NCBI GenBank assembly: GCA_037445895.1
Contig: JBBIJO010000002.1
Span: 44,967 to 108,966 of the forward strand
Reading direction: 5' to 3'
From: Ignavibacteria bacterium
Lineage (GTDB): Bacteria > Bacteroidota > Ignavibacteria > Kapaibacteriales > UBA2268
DNA length: 64,000 bases
Shown: positions 25,151-35,762 of the stretch, piece by piece
Layout: each line of letters opens with the position of its first letter
How positions within the stretch are numbered: the first letter of the stretch is position 1
The notes under the pieces: model-generated
What the model saw: the letters and a program-made list of their open reading frames with translations, nothing else
The model's database searches: none
What the model was told of the DNA's origin: nothing
Position numbers and translations under genes: made by a program

Positions 25151-28081
25151 TTACTTGACGAAAATAGGGAAAATTTCTTTATATCCATCAGAAAGTTCAA
25201 GACTTATATAATATAAACCCGCCGAGACGATGGAACCATTCCACATCTTGCCGTCCCAGCGTTCGCAATACGAAACATTCGCTTTCTTCGGAACGTTTTT
25301 CGTTAGTTCATATACAAGCCTATTATTTTGGTCGAGAATCTTTATCGAAACGTCTGCATCGTTATTTAGCTTATAAGAAATTTCGGTGAATTCTGTGAAT
25401 GGGTTGAAAGGATTTGGGGCAACCGTATTAATTATTTGGGGCTTCTGGATAAAAAGAGTTGTATCGGTTGAATAGCAACCATCGTTGCAACAGAATCGAA
25501 ATAGAAGAGTATCGGGCAAATTAAGTTGTTGTTCCCATTTGAATTTCCCCGCAAGTGTTTCTATTTCGCTTAATTTTGCAAACGTATTTCCAAAATCTGT
25601 CGAAAGAAATACTGCAATTGTGTCGCACCCAAGCAATGGCGACCACGAAAAATACTTAGTGCAGCAAAGGGTTGTAGAAGTGTCGAAGGTAATAACAAAA
25701 CCTTTCGGCTTTAACCGAATTGGATAAATCGAGGAAGAATCAATTATACTTTTCCGAACCAGCAAGAGTCGTAAATTGACCTCTCCTTCTTGCGGATAAT
25801 TAAGACAATCGAAAATCGGTAAACAGGGTAATTGAAAGAAAAAAGGTTGGATAGAATTAGATGCAAGGGACTTAGCGATGCTAATCCAATTCTGTTTATC
25901 AATTGAATATTGAAGCTCGACACTATCGGAACACAATGTTCCAAAATTTACACGAACGTCGTCGAATACAAAAACTCTTGAATTATTGGTAGAATCCCAA
26001 ATAACTTGCGGGAAATTAAAATGAAGAATCGCAGTCGAATCAAAAATCGACGAAGAATCGGATGAGTTTTCGAGGTAAATAATACCAGTTTTACCAAAGA
26101 AGTTTTTATCGACAAAAAATGATAGAGTTTTAATCTCTTTGTCGACCGGAATGCTATCTTTGATTACAAATGAATTCGAAAAATCATATTGATTATTGAC
26201 CATTGGAACGAATCGTAGCCTAATTTTATTTTCGCTCTTTAGTTTCGAAAATAAGGTTACTTGGACCGAGTCGCCGGCACAAAATTCAATCGGTGTATAA
26301 TCGACAAATTTAGGGTTTACAACCTCGATGAGCTTGGGAAGTGGTTTCCCAATAAAATATGTATAGTTGTTTGTTGTAACTACTAAATCGTTTGCTCCAT
26401 CGCCATCGAGATCGACGATTTCAACCTTGAATATTACCTCGTTTGGAAATTCCCTAACATAAAGAGTATCGAAGGGTTTCCCTGTTTTGAATTCGAAAGA
26501 CTCGTAATCGCGTAGGCGTAGAATCTTAACTTTATTTCCATCTACAAGAACGATTTCATCTTTCCCATTCTGGTCGCCATCAATATCGTTTACAGCAGCA
26601 ACCCAACCGTTGATTTTGAAAGTGCAAATAGTATCGAATGGGAACAGGTATGTTTCCGGTGGGGAAGGTTTGGGAATCGGATTCCCATTATAATATCGTA
26701 ATATAATCAGTTTATTGTTCGCAACAGTTCTCGATGGAGAACTGAATGTAGCAACAATTTCTTTCCCGGGGTTATTAGGAAAATATGGCAACCAAGAATT
26801 AGTAGCATCTCCATCGACATTCCCAACTGCAATTGACCAGATATGGTTTTGTTCCCCGATAAATGAAGGTGAAATAGGGTCGTTTGCAAAGGTAATAGGA
26901 GCACCGCTCGCATCGAAAAGATGCAAATGGGCAGTTCCAAACGATGAGTCGGTTCCACGATATTCTTCGGCAACAAGAATGTAAAGAGAATCCCTCGTCG
27001 CAGAATTATTCAAGTTTACAAATAAAGGTCTAATTTGAGGACGCCGCCCATTAGCATCTAATATAGTAGTTAATTCTAATGGGGGGAAAGTATATCGAAC
27101 CTGATTCGAAAGGATTGAATAGCATAGCAAATAATTTTTACCCGCATTTGTTCGTTCAATCGAAATAGGGCTTGGAATATTGACATCTAAACTTGGCGTT
27201 GAAAATGTTGGAAATACAACCAAATGGTTCGAGCCAAACGAAGTTAGCGAAGGTTGCATAAACGAGATTTCTGGTCCGACTGTAATTCGAAAGCTTTGGT
27301 TATCGGTAATATCCGGCATAGGATAAGTATAAACCTGGGTTGAATTAGGGAATAAAGAAAATCCACGGAAAAATGGAGCCGTTGGTGGATTCGAAGATGC
27401 AACAGTTGGATAAAACATATTTGCCGAAGAAAACAGAAAGAAATCATTGCCAATACGTTTACCAAAAAATGGGCGTAGGGAGGCAAATATATTTGGCTTA
27501 TATTTTCGTAAATCAACCACAATACGTTTTATTAGTGCAACCGAATCACTTCGAGAATCAAACCCTGCGATGTATGTATATGCAAGGGTATCTTTGGGGT
27601 TTTCGAATTCGATTGTCTCGAGCCCAAGGACTAATGTTGAAGTCGGATTGGGGTAAAAAGTTGAAGAAAGTGTGTCGAAAAGAAAACCAATGTTTTTAAT
27701 AAAAGGTATGTTAGAATTGTTCAATTTATGAGGGAAGCCCTTTGTATCGACAACTACTATTTTACCGCCAACAACAGAAACGATTTCATTCGGAGCGAAT
27801 GGAAAAGAATTGTCGATTTTTGCGTCGTCAATGATATTGCCAACAAGCGGAACAACATTGCCTGCAATTGCATTGGTCCTCCACTTTATTGTGAACCGGG
27901 TTAGGTCTTGCGGTTGCGACTTAATAGCTTGGAAGCGTGTTGCTTCGGGATTACCTTCCGGGAATAACCAATAGGAAGGGCTCGAAAGGAAATTTTGAGC
28001 TAAAACACTATAATAAGAAAAAAGCAGAATATTGAACAATATTATACAATGTTTCAATTTTTTTGTTTGTTTATTTTCCAT
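25151..28081 (-). CDS. large secreted protein with FG-GAP/VCBS-like repeats and a T9SS (Por) C-terminal sorting domain
   Basis: Signal peptide (MENKQTKKLKHCIILFNILLFSYYSVLA). VDLDGDGANDLVV integrin-like repeat. C-terminal ~80 aa ...SIKILDQNNRLVYEL...GLYYISLE matches the T9SS CTD. Confidence 0.7.
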   Translation of the reverse strand: MENKQTKKLKHCIILFNILLFSYYSVLAQNFLSSPSYWLFPEGNPEATRFQAIKSQPQDLTRFTIKWRTNAIAGNVVPLVGNIIDDAKIDNSFPFAPNEIVSVVGGKIVVVDTKGFPHKLNNSNIPFIKNIGFLFDTLSSTFYPNPTSTLVLGLETIEFENPKDTLAYTYIAGFDSRSDSVALIKRIVVDLRKYKPNIFASLRPFFGKRIGNDFFLFSSANMFYPTVASSNPPTAPFFRGFSLFPNSTQVYTYPMPDITDNQSFRITVGPEISFMQPSLTSFGSNHLVVFPTFSTPSLDVNIPSPISIERTNAGKNYLLCYSILSNQVRYTFPPLELTTILDANGRRPQIRPLFVNLNNSATRDSLYILVAEEYRGTDSSFGTAHLHLFDASGAPITFANDPISPSFIGEQNHIWSIAVGNVDGDATNSWLPYFPNNPGKEIVATFSSPSRTVANNKLIILRYYNGNPIPKPSPPETYLFPFDTICTFKINGWVAAVNDIDGDQNGKDEIVLVDGNKVKILRLRDYESFEFKTGKPFDTLYVREFPNEVIFKVEIVDLDGDGANDLVVTTNNYTYFIGKPLPKLIEVVNPKFVDYTPIEFCAGDSVQVTLFSKLKSENKIRLRFVPMVNNQYDFSNSFVIKDSIPVDKEIKTLSFFVDKNFFGKTGIIYLENSSDSSSIFDSTAILHFNFPQVIWDSTNNSRVFVFDDVRVNFGTLCSDSVELQYSIDKQNWISIAKSLASNSIQPFFFQLPCLPIFDCLNYPQEGEVNLRLLLVRKSIIDSSSIYPIRLKPKGFVITFDTSTTLCCTKYFSWSPLLGCDTIAVFLSTDFGNTFAKLSEIETLAGKFKWEQQLNLPDTLLFRFCCNDGCYSTDTTLFIQKPQIINTVAPNPFNPFTEFTEISYKLNNDADVSIKILDQNNRLVYELTKNVPKKANVSYCERWDGKMWNGSIVSAGLYYISLELSDGYKEIFPIFVK

Positions 28082-28137
28082 ATTTGATAAAATTATGAAA
28101 AATTCAATAATAAAAGATAATTGATGACCCAAAAAAG

Positions 28138-28159
28138 TGGTATAACATAAATTATACCA
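28138..28159. promoter_or_regulatory. perfect inverted repeat TGGTATAA-N6-TTATACCA in divergent intergenic region (candidate operator)
   Basis: Read directly. The 8-bp arms are exact reverse complements. It lies ~55 bp upstream of the T9SS cargo gene start and ~180 bp upstream of hppA. Confidence 0.3.
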
Positions 28160-28339
28160 AAATTATGTGGCAGTTTGAAAAGAAATAATTTCATTTATGG
28201 ACACAGCATTGGATACATAAAATATTTTTAAAGTTATAACGTAAACCGACTTTTATCAAAAATATTTAAGTTAGAATTTTATCGAAGTGAATGCTAATTA
28301 TTTATTATTGTTTATGTTTTATTAATTATAGGCTTTTTT

Positions 28340-30538
28340 ATGGATTTAATCCTTCTTTATTTCATTCCAGTTTTGGGTTTGATTGGAATTCTCTACACCA
28401 TTTGGAAGTCGATATGGATTAACAAACAGGACCCAGGCAACGAGCGAATGCAAAAGATTTCGGGCTACATTTCAAATGGCGCTATGGCTTTTTTGAAAAC
28501 CGAATATCAAGTTATTGCTTTCTTTGTGGTAATTATCGCAATTCTGCTCGGAATTCAGGGAGCTTCTGTGCCGGATTCATCACCTTTGTTGGCAATTTCT
28601 TATGTGTCTGGTGCAATCTGCTCCGGATTGGCTGGCTGGGTTGGAATGAAAATTGCGACTAAGTCTAATAGCAGAACAACTAATGCTGCACAAAAAAGTC
28701 TTAACGATGCATTAAAAATTGCTTTTGCCGGTGGTTCGGTTATGGGTATGGCAGTAGTTGGAATAGGTGTTACGGGTTTGAGCATTCTTTTCATCATCTA
28801 TCTTTTTGCTTTTGGTTACGATAATCAAGATGCTTTAGCAACGGTAATTAATGTCATAACTGGTTTTTCTTTTGGTGCATCTTCGATTGCGTTATTTGCA
28901 AGGGTAGGAGGCGGAATTTATACTAAATCGGCAGACGTTGGTGCCGATCTTGTTGGTAAAGTTGAAGCTGGGATTCCCGAGGACCACCCACTTAACCCAG
29001 CAACTATTGCGGACAATGTTGGCGACAACGTTGGCGACGTCGCAGGAATGGGTGCAGATTTATTTGAATCTTATATAGGAGCAATTGTTAGCACAATGGT
29101 TCTTGGGGCAGTATTCTACAACGTTACAGAATTTCAAGGAACTGTTTTCGGCGGGCTATCGGCAGTTCTACTTCCGCTATTCCTGGCTGGCGCTGGTGTT
29201 TTGATGTCTATAATTGGGACTTTCTTCGTAAGAGTTAAAGAGGGCGGGAATCCACAAGCAGCATTAAATGTAGGAACTTTTGTCGCTAATATTCTAATGT
29301 TAATTGCTTCGTATTTTATAATTACTTGGATGCTTCCAAAAACTTTTGTTTACCATGATCCGCTCTATGGAAAAGACTTTACAATTCATTCGTGGGGTGT
29401 TTTTCTTGCAACAATTTTTGGCTTAGTTGCTGGGGTTGGAATAGGTATTATTACTGAATATTTTACTGGGTTAGGAAAGCCTCCCGTTCGTAAAATAGCC
29501 GAAAAGTGCCTAACTGGTGCTGCAACAAATATCATCGCAGGAATCTCAACTGGTATGCTCTCTACTACTATTCCTGTTTTGTTAATCGCTTTTGCGATTA
29601 TTGGAGCATTTGCTCTTGCTGGGCTGTATGGTATTGCTATTGCAGCTGTTGGTATGTTGGCAACTACTGGAATACAGTTATCAGTCGATGCTTATGGCCC
29701 AATTGCCGACAACTCAGGCGGAATAGCCGAAATGTCCGAATTGCCTCCCGAGGTTCGAGGCCGCACCGATAAACTCGATGCTGTTGGAAATTCAACAGCA
29801 GCAATTGGGAAAGGATTCGCTATCGGTTCGGCTGCTTTAACTGCATTAGCTCTATTCGGAGCATATATGACAGCAGCAAAGATACCTGCTATTGATATTT
29901 CGAAAGCAAACGTTATTGCTGGTTTGTTCATTGGTGCTTTGTTGCCTTTTGTTTTTTCTGCATTAGCTCTTGGTGCAGTTGGACGTGCTGCAATGTTTAT
30001 GGTTAAAGAAGTTCGTCGGCAATTTACCGAAATTCCTGCATTAAAAAATGCACTTGAAGTTATGAAAAGGAATGGGGATAAAACGAAATCCGAATGGTCG
30101 CACGAAGATATTAAAACATTTGAGGAAGCAGACGGGCGAGCCGAATACGAAAAGTGTGTCGCTATTGCAACAAAAGGGGCAATTCGCCAAATGGTTCTCC
30201 CAAGCTTGCTCGCTATTATCAGCCCAATAGCTATCGGATTTCTGCCGTTCTTTGGTAAGGAAGCTCTTGGAGGTATGCTCGCCGGGGTTACTGCTACTGG
30301 TGTTCTTTTAGCAATTTTCCAAGCCAATGCTGGTGGTGCATGGGACAATGCTAAAAAAATGTTCGAAGAAGGTGTAATTATCGATGGCGTGCGTTATTAC
30401 AAAAAATCGGACCCACACAAAGCTGCTGTCGTTGGCGATACTGTTGGCGACCCCTTCAAAGATACCGCCGGACCCTCCCTAAATATTTTGATTAAGTTGA
30501 TGTCTATTGTTTCGCTTGTTCTGGCTGTTATGTTGTAA
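28340..30538 (+). CDS. hppA: membrane-bound proton/sodium-translocating pyrophosphatase
   Basis: 732 aa, 15-16 TM helices, with [12 protein letters not shown] and DTVGDPFKD signature motifs of H+-PPases. Confidence 0.9.
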   Translation: MDLILLYFIPVLGLIGILYTIWKSIWINKQDPGNERMQKISGYISNGAMAFLKTEYQVIAFFVVIIAILLGIQGASVPDSSPLLAISYVSGAICSGLAGWVGMKIATKSNSRTTNAAQKSLNDALKIAFAGGSVMGMAVVGIGVTGLSILFIIYLFAFGYDNQDALATVINVITGFSFGASSIALFARVGGGIYTKSADVGADLVGKVEAGIPEDHPLNPATIADNVGDNVGDVAGMGADLFESYIGAIVSTMVLGAVFYNVTEFQGTVFGGLSAVLLPLFLAGAGVLMSIIGTFFVRVKEGGNPQAALNVGTFVANILMLIASYFIITWMLPKTFVYHDPLYGKDFTIHSWGVFLATIFGLVAGVGIGIITEYFTGLGKPPVRKIAEKCLTGAATNIIAGISTGMLSTTIPVLLIAFAIIGAFALAGLYGIAIAAVGMLATTGIQLSVDAYGPIADNSGGIAEMSELPPEVRGRTDKLDAVGNSTAAIGKGFAIGSAALTALALFGAYMTAAKIPAIDISKANVIAGLFIGALLPFVFSALALGAVGRAAMFMVKEVRRQFTEIPALKNALEVMKRNGDKTKSEWSHEDIKTFEEADGRAEYEKCVAIATKGAIRQMVLPSLLAIISPIAIGFLPFFGKEALGGMLAGVTATGVLLAIFQANAGGAWDNAKKMFEEGVIIDGVRYYKKSDPHKAAVVGDTVGDPFKDTAGPSLNILIKLMSIVSLVLAVML

Positions 30539-30556
30539 ATTTCAACAAATAACAAA

Positions 30557-30590
30557 AGCCGACTATCCATCTAGTCGGCTTTTTTGTTTG
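30557..30590. terminator. bidirectional rho-independent terminator between hppA (+) and the rpoZ-like gene (-)
   Basis: AGCCGACTA / TAGTCGGCT 9-bp stem with TCCATC loop. T-runs on both strands (TTTTTGTTTG on the + strand, TTTTGTT on the - strand). Confidence 0.75.
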
Positions 30591-30597
30591 AAAAAAG

Positions 30598-30927
30598 TTA
30601 TTTTGAGTTCGTAGGCTTGGGTTGGCTTTGCGTCTCTTCGCGAAAATAGAATTCAAGTTGGGAGTTGAACATTTCGCGCATAGCCAAAACCGTTGGTTTG
30701 GGAACATTATCGAATTCACGTGCAATGAGGAGTTGGTCGAAATTTGTTTCCTCTGTTTCTGTCGATGAAGTTATTACATCGGCAAGGCGGTCGTGGAGTT
30801 CTTTCTTAATTTGCTCATTAATTTGACGGGCTCGGATTCCCATCGCAACTATAGATTGGTAGATTACACCTTTTTCCGACTCCTTCATTCGAACAAGAAC
30901 AGGATTTACAGTTATTTTTTTAGCCAT
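30598..30927 (-). CDS. rpoZ: RNA polymerase omega-subunit-like protein
   Basis: 109 aa. N-terminal ...YQSIVAMGIRARQINEQ resembles the RpoZ NRYxLVxxAxRRARQL helix. Acidic C-terminal tail. Identity tentative. Confidence 0.4.
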   Translation of the reverse strand: MAKKITVNPVLVRMKESEKGVIYQSIVAMGIRARQINEQIKKELHDRLADVITSSTETEETNFDQLLIAREFDNVPKPTVLAMREMFNSQLEFYFREETQSQPKPTNSK

Positions 30928-31283
30928 AGCAATTTACAAAAAACTCAAAAATAATAAATAAATTTTTATTTTTTTATTTTATAAAATAATGTTAACGAGA
31001 TAATGGAATAAATAGTTTTATTTCTTTATTAGTAACTATTAGAAACATACACTTTCCTTCTGGAAAAATCTACATAGAAATATCGAAGATACTCGTTCCA
31101 CAAATGTATAACCAAACCTTTTTTTTGTTAAATTGTTATTTTGGTTCAAGGTGTTTTGAAAAAAGTTGTTTCGATATATTTTAAACATTTGCTATAACAT
31201 ATCTAATACAAAACTGCAATTTTTCAAAAATTACCTAAAACCATTTTTTAATTTTGTTTTGAATAATTATATGAAAAATCAAA

Positions 31284-33137
31284 ATGGAACGAGAAATTAT
31301 AACAGTCGAAGATGTAACTATTCGCTTTGCTGGTGATTCCGGCGATGGGATGCAACTTACTGGTAGTAGATTTTCCGATACTACTGCCTCTGTTGGAACC
31401 GATGTCAGTACTTTTCCCGATTATCCCTCGGAAATCCGGGCACCCGAGGGAACTCTGTATGGAGTTAGTGCTTATCAAATACATTTTGGCTCGAAAGGTG
31501 TTTACACACCAGGCGACCAAATCGACGTGTTAGTAGCTATGAATCCTGCTTCGCTAAAAGTTAACTTACCATTTCTTCGCAAACGTGGAATTCTCATCGT
31601 TAATTCGGCAAATTTTACAGAAAAGAATTTGAAGTTGGCAAAATACGAAACAAATCCATTGGAAGACGATTCGTTAAAAGATTACCAACTCTTTAAATTT
31701 GATTTTAATCAAATGGTTAATGAAATTTTGAAAGATTCGGGTTTAACTCCGAAACAAATTGAACGAACAAAAAACATTTTTGCTCTTGGTCTTGCCTATT
31801 GGCTCTTCGATTTACCTCTGGATTCAACAATTAGCTGGATTAATAAAAAATTTGGGAAACGCCCACAAATCGCCGAAGCAAACTATAAAGTTCTAAAAGC
31901 CGGCTACGAATTCGGCGAGGAAAATGAACTGTTTGCAATTCGATATCGCGTAATACCAAAGAAACTTGAACCTGGAATATATCGAAATATTACAGGCAAC
32001 GAAGCAGTTGCAATTGGTCTTGTTGTTGCCGCCGAAAAAGCCAGATTGCCATTATTTCTTGGCTCATATCCAATCACACCCGCCTCGGAAATACTACATT
32101 TCATTTCTGCTTATAAACCCTATGGAGTTCGACACTTGCAAGCCGAAGACGAAATCGGTGGTATAACAAGCGCTATCGGAGCCGCCTACGGGGGGGCACT
32201 TTCGGCAACAACTACTTCCGGGCCCGGTCTTTCGTTGAAAGTAGAAGCGCTCGGACTCGCTGTCATACTCGAACTTCCACTAATCGTTGTGGACGTTCAA
32301 AGAGCAGGTCCAAGCACAGGAATGCCAACAAAAACTGAACAAGCCGATTTATTTATAGCAATGTTTGGCCGTCACGGCGAAGCTCCGCTGCCAATACTTG
32401 CTGCAGCAACTCCAACCGACTGTTTCAATATGACACTCGAAGCTGCACGAATTGCTTTGAAATATATGACACCAGTCATACTTTTAACCGATGGGTATTT
32501 AGGCCAAAGTTCTGAAGAATGGCGTATCCCGGATTTAAACCTTATCCCCGAAATAAAAGTCGAGTTCTACACAAACAACGATTATCTACCTTATAAACGT
32601 AATCCTATAACACTTTCCCGTTATTGGGCTTTGCCGGGGACACCTGGACTTGAACACAGAATTGGCGGACTCGAAAAAGAGGACACCACAGGCGTTGCTA
32701 GCCAAGACCCGCTAAACCATCAAAGAATGGTTGAACTTCGTGCCCAAAAAATTGCACGTATCCAAAATGATATACCAGACGCCAAACTTATTGGCGACGA
32801 AGATTCCAAAATACTTATCATCGGTTGGGGTAGCACTTATGGAGCAATCAAAAGTGCTTTCGACCGTTTGAGCGAAAAAGGAATAAAACTCGCTTACGTT
32901 CATTTAAGCTATCTAAATCCTTTTCCTAAAAATTTAGGTTCAATCATTGAAAAATTCGACAAAATACTTATTCCAGAAAATAATCTTGGGCAGTTGTCTT
33001 TTATACTCCAAGGAACATTTATGAAGCCAACAATTGGTTTGCACAAAATTCAAGGTAGAACTTTTACTTCAATAGAAATAGAAAATAAAATTCTTGAGGT
33101 TTTAAACAAAGAGGTGAAAAATGACAACATTAATTGA
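31284..33137 (+). CDS. korA: 2-oxoacid (2-oxoglutarate/pyruvate):ferredoxin oxidoreductase alpha subunit
   Basis: 617 aa. MEREIITVEDVTIRFAGDSGDGMQLTG N-terminus and domain order (gamma-like then alpha) are typical of KorA/OorA. Confidence 0.85.
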   Translation: MEREIITVEDVTIRFAGDSGDGMQLTGSRFSDTTASVGTDVSTFPDYPSEIRAPEGTLYGVSAYQIHFGSKGVYTPGDQIDVLVAMNPASLKVNLPFLRKRGILIVNSANFTEKNLKLAKYETNPLEDDSLKDYQLFKFDFNQMVNEILKDSGLTPKQIERTKNIFALGLAYWLFDLPLDSTISWINKKFGKRPQIAEANYKVLKAGYEFGEENELFAIRYRVIPKKLEPGIYRNITGNEAVAIGLVVAAEKARLPLFLGSYPITPASEILHFISAYKPYGVRHLQAEDEIGGITSAIGAAYGGALSATTTSGPGLSLKVEALGLAVILELPLIVVDVQRAGPSTGMPTKTEQADLFIAMFGRHGEAPLPILAAATPTDCFNMTLEAARIALKYMTPVILLTDGYLGQSSEEWRIPDLNLIPEIKVEFYTNNDYLPYKRNPITLSRYWALPGTPGLEHRIGGLEKEDTTGVASQDPLNHQRMVELRAQKIARIQNDIPDAKLIGDEDSKILIIGWGSTYGAIKSAFDRLSEKGIKLAYVHLSYLNPFPKNLGSIIEKFDKILIPENNLGQLSFILQGTFMKPTIGLHKIQGRTFTSIEIENKILEVLNKEVKNDNIN

Positions 33138-34170
33138 TGAATTGGTCGAAAACAAAACTATTCAAACAATAGAATATACACCTAAGGATTTTAAATCGTC
33201 ATTGGAAGTTCGATGGTGTGCCGGATGTGGAAGCTATTCTATTCTTTCGCAGGTGCAAAAAATCCTTGCAGGATTGAAAATTCCACGGGAACAATATGCT
33301 TTTATATCTGGAATTGGCTGCAGTAGCCGATTCCCATACTATATTCAAACTTATGGAATACACGGTATTCACGGTAGAGCAATCGCAATTGCTTCCGGAT
33401 TAAAAATTGCGCGCCGCGACCTTTCCGTTTGGGTAGTTACTGGCGATGGTGATTGTATGAGTATCGGCGGGAATCACCTTATTCACGCTTCACGAAGAAA
33501 CATCGGCTTAAAAGTTTTGATGTTTAACAATGAAATCTATAGCTTAACAAAGGGGCAGGCTTCCCCAACAACACAATTCAAAAAACCAACTAAATCTTCC
33601 CCTTTTGGAAATATTGACTATCCTTTCAATCCGGCTTCGCTCGCCCTTGGTTCGGGGGCAACTTTTGTTGCTCGGACTTTCGACCGCGACCCAAAACATA
33701 TGCAGAAAATGCTTGAACGAGCCGCTACCCACAACGGATTCGCTTTCATCGAAATCTATACCAACTGTGTAATTTACAACGATGGTGCATTCGACCTCTA
33801 CACCTCGATTGAAACAAGGAAAGAACATTCGATAATCCTCGAAGATGGCAAACCTCTCATTTTTGGTGCGAACAACAACAAAGGAATCCGACTCGACGGA
33901 TTTACCCCTACTGTTGTCTCGCTTTCCGAAGGCAAATGGTCCGCAAACGATTTGATAGTCCACAATGAAAAGGATACAACCCTTGCATTTATTCTCGCAA
34001 ATATGACATATAACCCCGAATTACCACGTCCTTTTGGAATATTTCAGTCAATCGAAAAACCAAGCTACGAAGATTTAGTTTATGAACAAATACAAGAATC
34101 AAAGAAAAAACATACAAACACTACACTCGAGAATCTCCTTCGTGGAGATGACTATTGGGAAGTAGTATAA
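33121..34170 (+). CDS. korB: 2-oxoacid:ferredoxin oxidoreductase beta subunit (TPP-binding)
   Basis: CxGCG...GDGD TPP-binding motifs. Overlaps korA by 17 nt (translational coupling). Confidence 0.85.
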   Translation: MTTLIDELVENKTIQTIEYTPKDFKSSLEVRWCAGCGSYSILSQVQKILAGLKIPREQYAFISGIGCSSRFPYYIQTYGIHGIHGRAIAIASGLKIARRDLSVWVVTGDGDCMSIGGNHLIHASRRNIGLKVLMFNNEIYSLTKGQASPTTQFKKPTKSSPFGNIDYPFNPASLALGSGATFVARTFDRDPKHMQKMLERAATHNGFAFIEIYTNCVIYNDGAFDLYTSIETRKEHSIILEDGKPLIFGANNNKGIRLDGFTPTVVSLSEGKWSANDLIVHNEKDTTLAFILANMTYNPELPRPFGIFQSIEKPSYEDLVYEQIQESKKKHTNTTLENLLRGDDYWEVV

Positions 34171-34182
34171 AAACATACTGAA

Positions 34183-34210
34183 AAGGCAGGTTCTCGAAGC
34201 CTGCCTTTTT
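34183..34210. terminator. bidirectional rho-independent terminator after korB
   Basis: AAGGCAGG / CCTGCCTT 8-bp stem with TTCTCGAAG loop followed by TTTT. Complementary strand also gives hairpin plus T-run for the convergent 34237..34962 gene. Confidence 0.75.
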
Positions 34211-34236
34211 CCTGAATTATTTCAAAAAGCACGAAT

Positions 34237-34962
34237 TCATTTCAGCATAATTTTATCGTTGAATACAAATGCTCGCCGTAATTCTTTACTTACAATGACA
34301 AAGCCAATACCTTCGGCAAATGTTAATCCAGAAGCATAATAAATCGAATAATGTAAAGTAATTTCCAACCTGTTATCTTGCTTTAAATTAATCTTGTAAA
34401 GGAGTTGGTCCCTACCATTTAATAGATACAGATAGCGACCCAAAACGGTTCCCCCAGCAATAAATTGAATACCCTTTATAGAACCGCGCTTTATTATTTT
34501 AAATCTAGTAGGTTCTAATTCGATAACTTTTGGCTTTTTTTCATTCGAAACTATCACAAAAGTTCTTTTAAAAGGATTGAAGAAAATGGTTTGGAATACA
34601 GCTTTCGAACCAACGAGGTTGGCAAGATTAAAGCTTTTTATTACTTTGAAATTTGTTAAGTCTAAAATCATCAACTCTTTGGGAGTTAATAAATATATGT
34701 AAGCTTCGTCCAAGAAAACACCGTTGAATTTATTATTAGGGAATGCAAGCTTTTCAATAATTTCGAACTTTCTGTTCATTGTTGCAATAATTCCATCGGA
34801 GCTTACCAAATAGAACACGGAATCTTTTCGGCTATAACAAATTCCTGTCGGATATGGAATTGGTAATCTATAAACTTCCCTTTCATTTAAGATAATTTCA
34901 GGTTGTTGTTGGCAAGCTATCGAAATAAGAGCTAAAAAAAGTATTTTACAATACGTTGTCAC
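34237..34962 (-). CDS. hypothetical lipoprotein (beta-rich)
   Basis: Signal peptide ending in a lipobox Cys (ILFLALISIAC). No recognised catalytic motif. Confidence 0.4.
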   Translation of the reverse strand: MTTYCKILFLALISIACQQQPEIILNEREVYRLPIPYPTGICYSRKDSVFYLVSSDGIIATMNRKFEIIEKLAFPNNKFNGVFLDEAYIYLLTPKELMILDLTNFKVIKSFNLANLVGSKAVFQTIFFNPFKRTFVIVSNEKKPKVIELEPTRFKIIKRGSIKGIQFIAGGTVLGRYLYLLNGRDQLLYKINLKQDNRLEITLHYSIYYASGLTFAEGIGFVIVSKELRRAFVFNDKIMLK

Positions 34963-35741
34963 TTTCGAACTTGAATAAAATAAGAATACAATACAATACC
35001 TACGGAAACAGCAAGATTAAGTGATTCAGCAGTGCCCGAACCTTCGATTAGGAATTCTTTATCGGCAAGTTTTAAAATTTCGGGTGATATACCAGTTGCT
35101 TCGTTTCCAAATACTAAGGCACATTCTTTGGGAAATTCGATGTTATCGAGTTTAGTTGTTGCTTTCAAACTAGTCGCAAAAATTTTACACTTCCTTTTTA
35201 ACTCTAAAAGGAACGATTGCAGATTATCGTTCTGAAAAATATTAACCCGAAAAAATGAACCCATAGAACCCCTAATCACTTTAGCATTGAACTTGTCGAC
35301 CGATTCCCTCGAAGTAACAATTGTTCTAATATCGAACCAATCGGCAGTCCTAATAATTGTTCCTAAGTTACCCGGGTCGCTTATTCCATCGAGAATAATC
35401 AAGGGGAAACTAACAAAGAAATCAGTTGGCTTAGCTCGAACTATGGCTAAGATGTCTTGTGGATTTTGGGTTTCGCAAAGCTGTACGAATTGTTGGCGGC
35501 GGGCAACATAAACTTCGATTCCCCTCTTGTAGAACTTTCGTGCAAGCGAAAGTGTAGATTCATCGGCACTCGATGAAATAATAACAAACTCAGTTGGATA
35601 ATTAGTCGATAATAGTTCCGAGCAGAGTCGGACACCTTCGGCAATAAATAAGTTGGTCTCTGCTCGTTTGTCCTTATGTTTCAACAAAGAAACATACTTC
35701 TTTAAATTATTGCTTAATGTTTTGAATTTTATTGCGAGCAT
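34959..35741 (-). CDS. TrmH/SpoU-family RNA 2'-O-methyltransferase
   Basis: SPOUT-fold motifs (LILDGISDPGNLGTIIRTA, ...ESLNLAVSVGIVLY) and N-terminal substrate-binding domain. Confidence 0.8.
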   Translation of the reverse strand: MLAIKFKTLSNNLKKYVSLLKHKDKRAETNLFIAEGVRLCSELLSTNYPTEFVIISSSADESTLSLARKFYKRGIEVYVARRQQFVQLCETQNPQDILAIVRAKPTDFFVSFPLIILDGISDPGNLGTIIRTADWFDIRTIVTSRESVDKFNAKVIRGSMGSFFRVNIFQNDNLQSFLLELKRKCKIFATSLKATTKLDNIEFPKECALVFGNEATGISPEILKLADKEFLIEGSGTAESLNLAVSVGIVLYSYFIQVRK

Positions 35742-35762
35742 ATCTTATCCATTGCATTTCTT

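Noticed and set aside
29692-30348. 218-aa antisense ORF inside hppA
   Set aside because: Embedded opposite a highly conserved H+-PPase coding region. Ala/Pro-rich shadow translation.
31126-31150. Bacteroidota-type -33 TTTG / -7 TAnnTTTG promoter upstream of korA
   Set aside because: A TATTTTGG element exists but the nearest upstream TTTG is only ~9 nt away, the wrong spacing. Not callable without 5'-end data.
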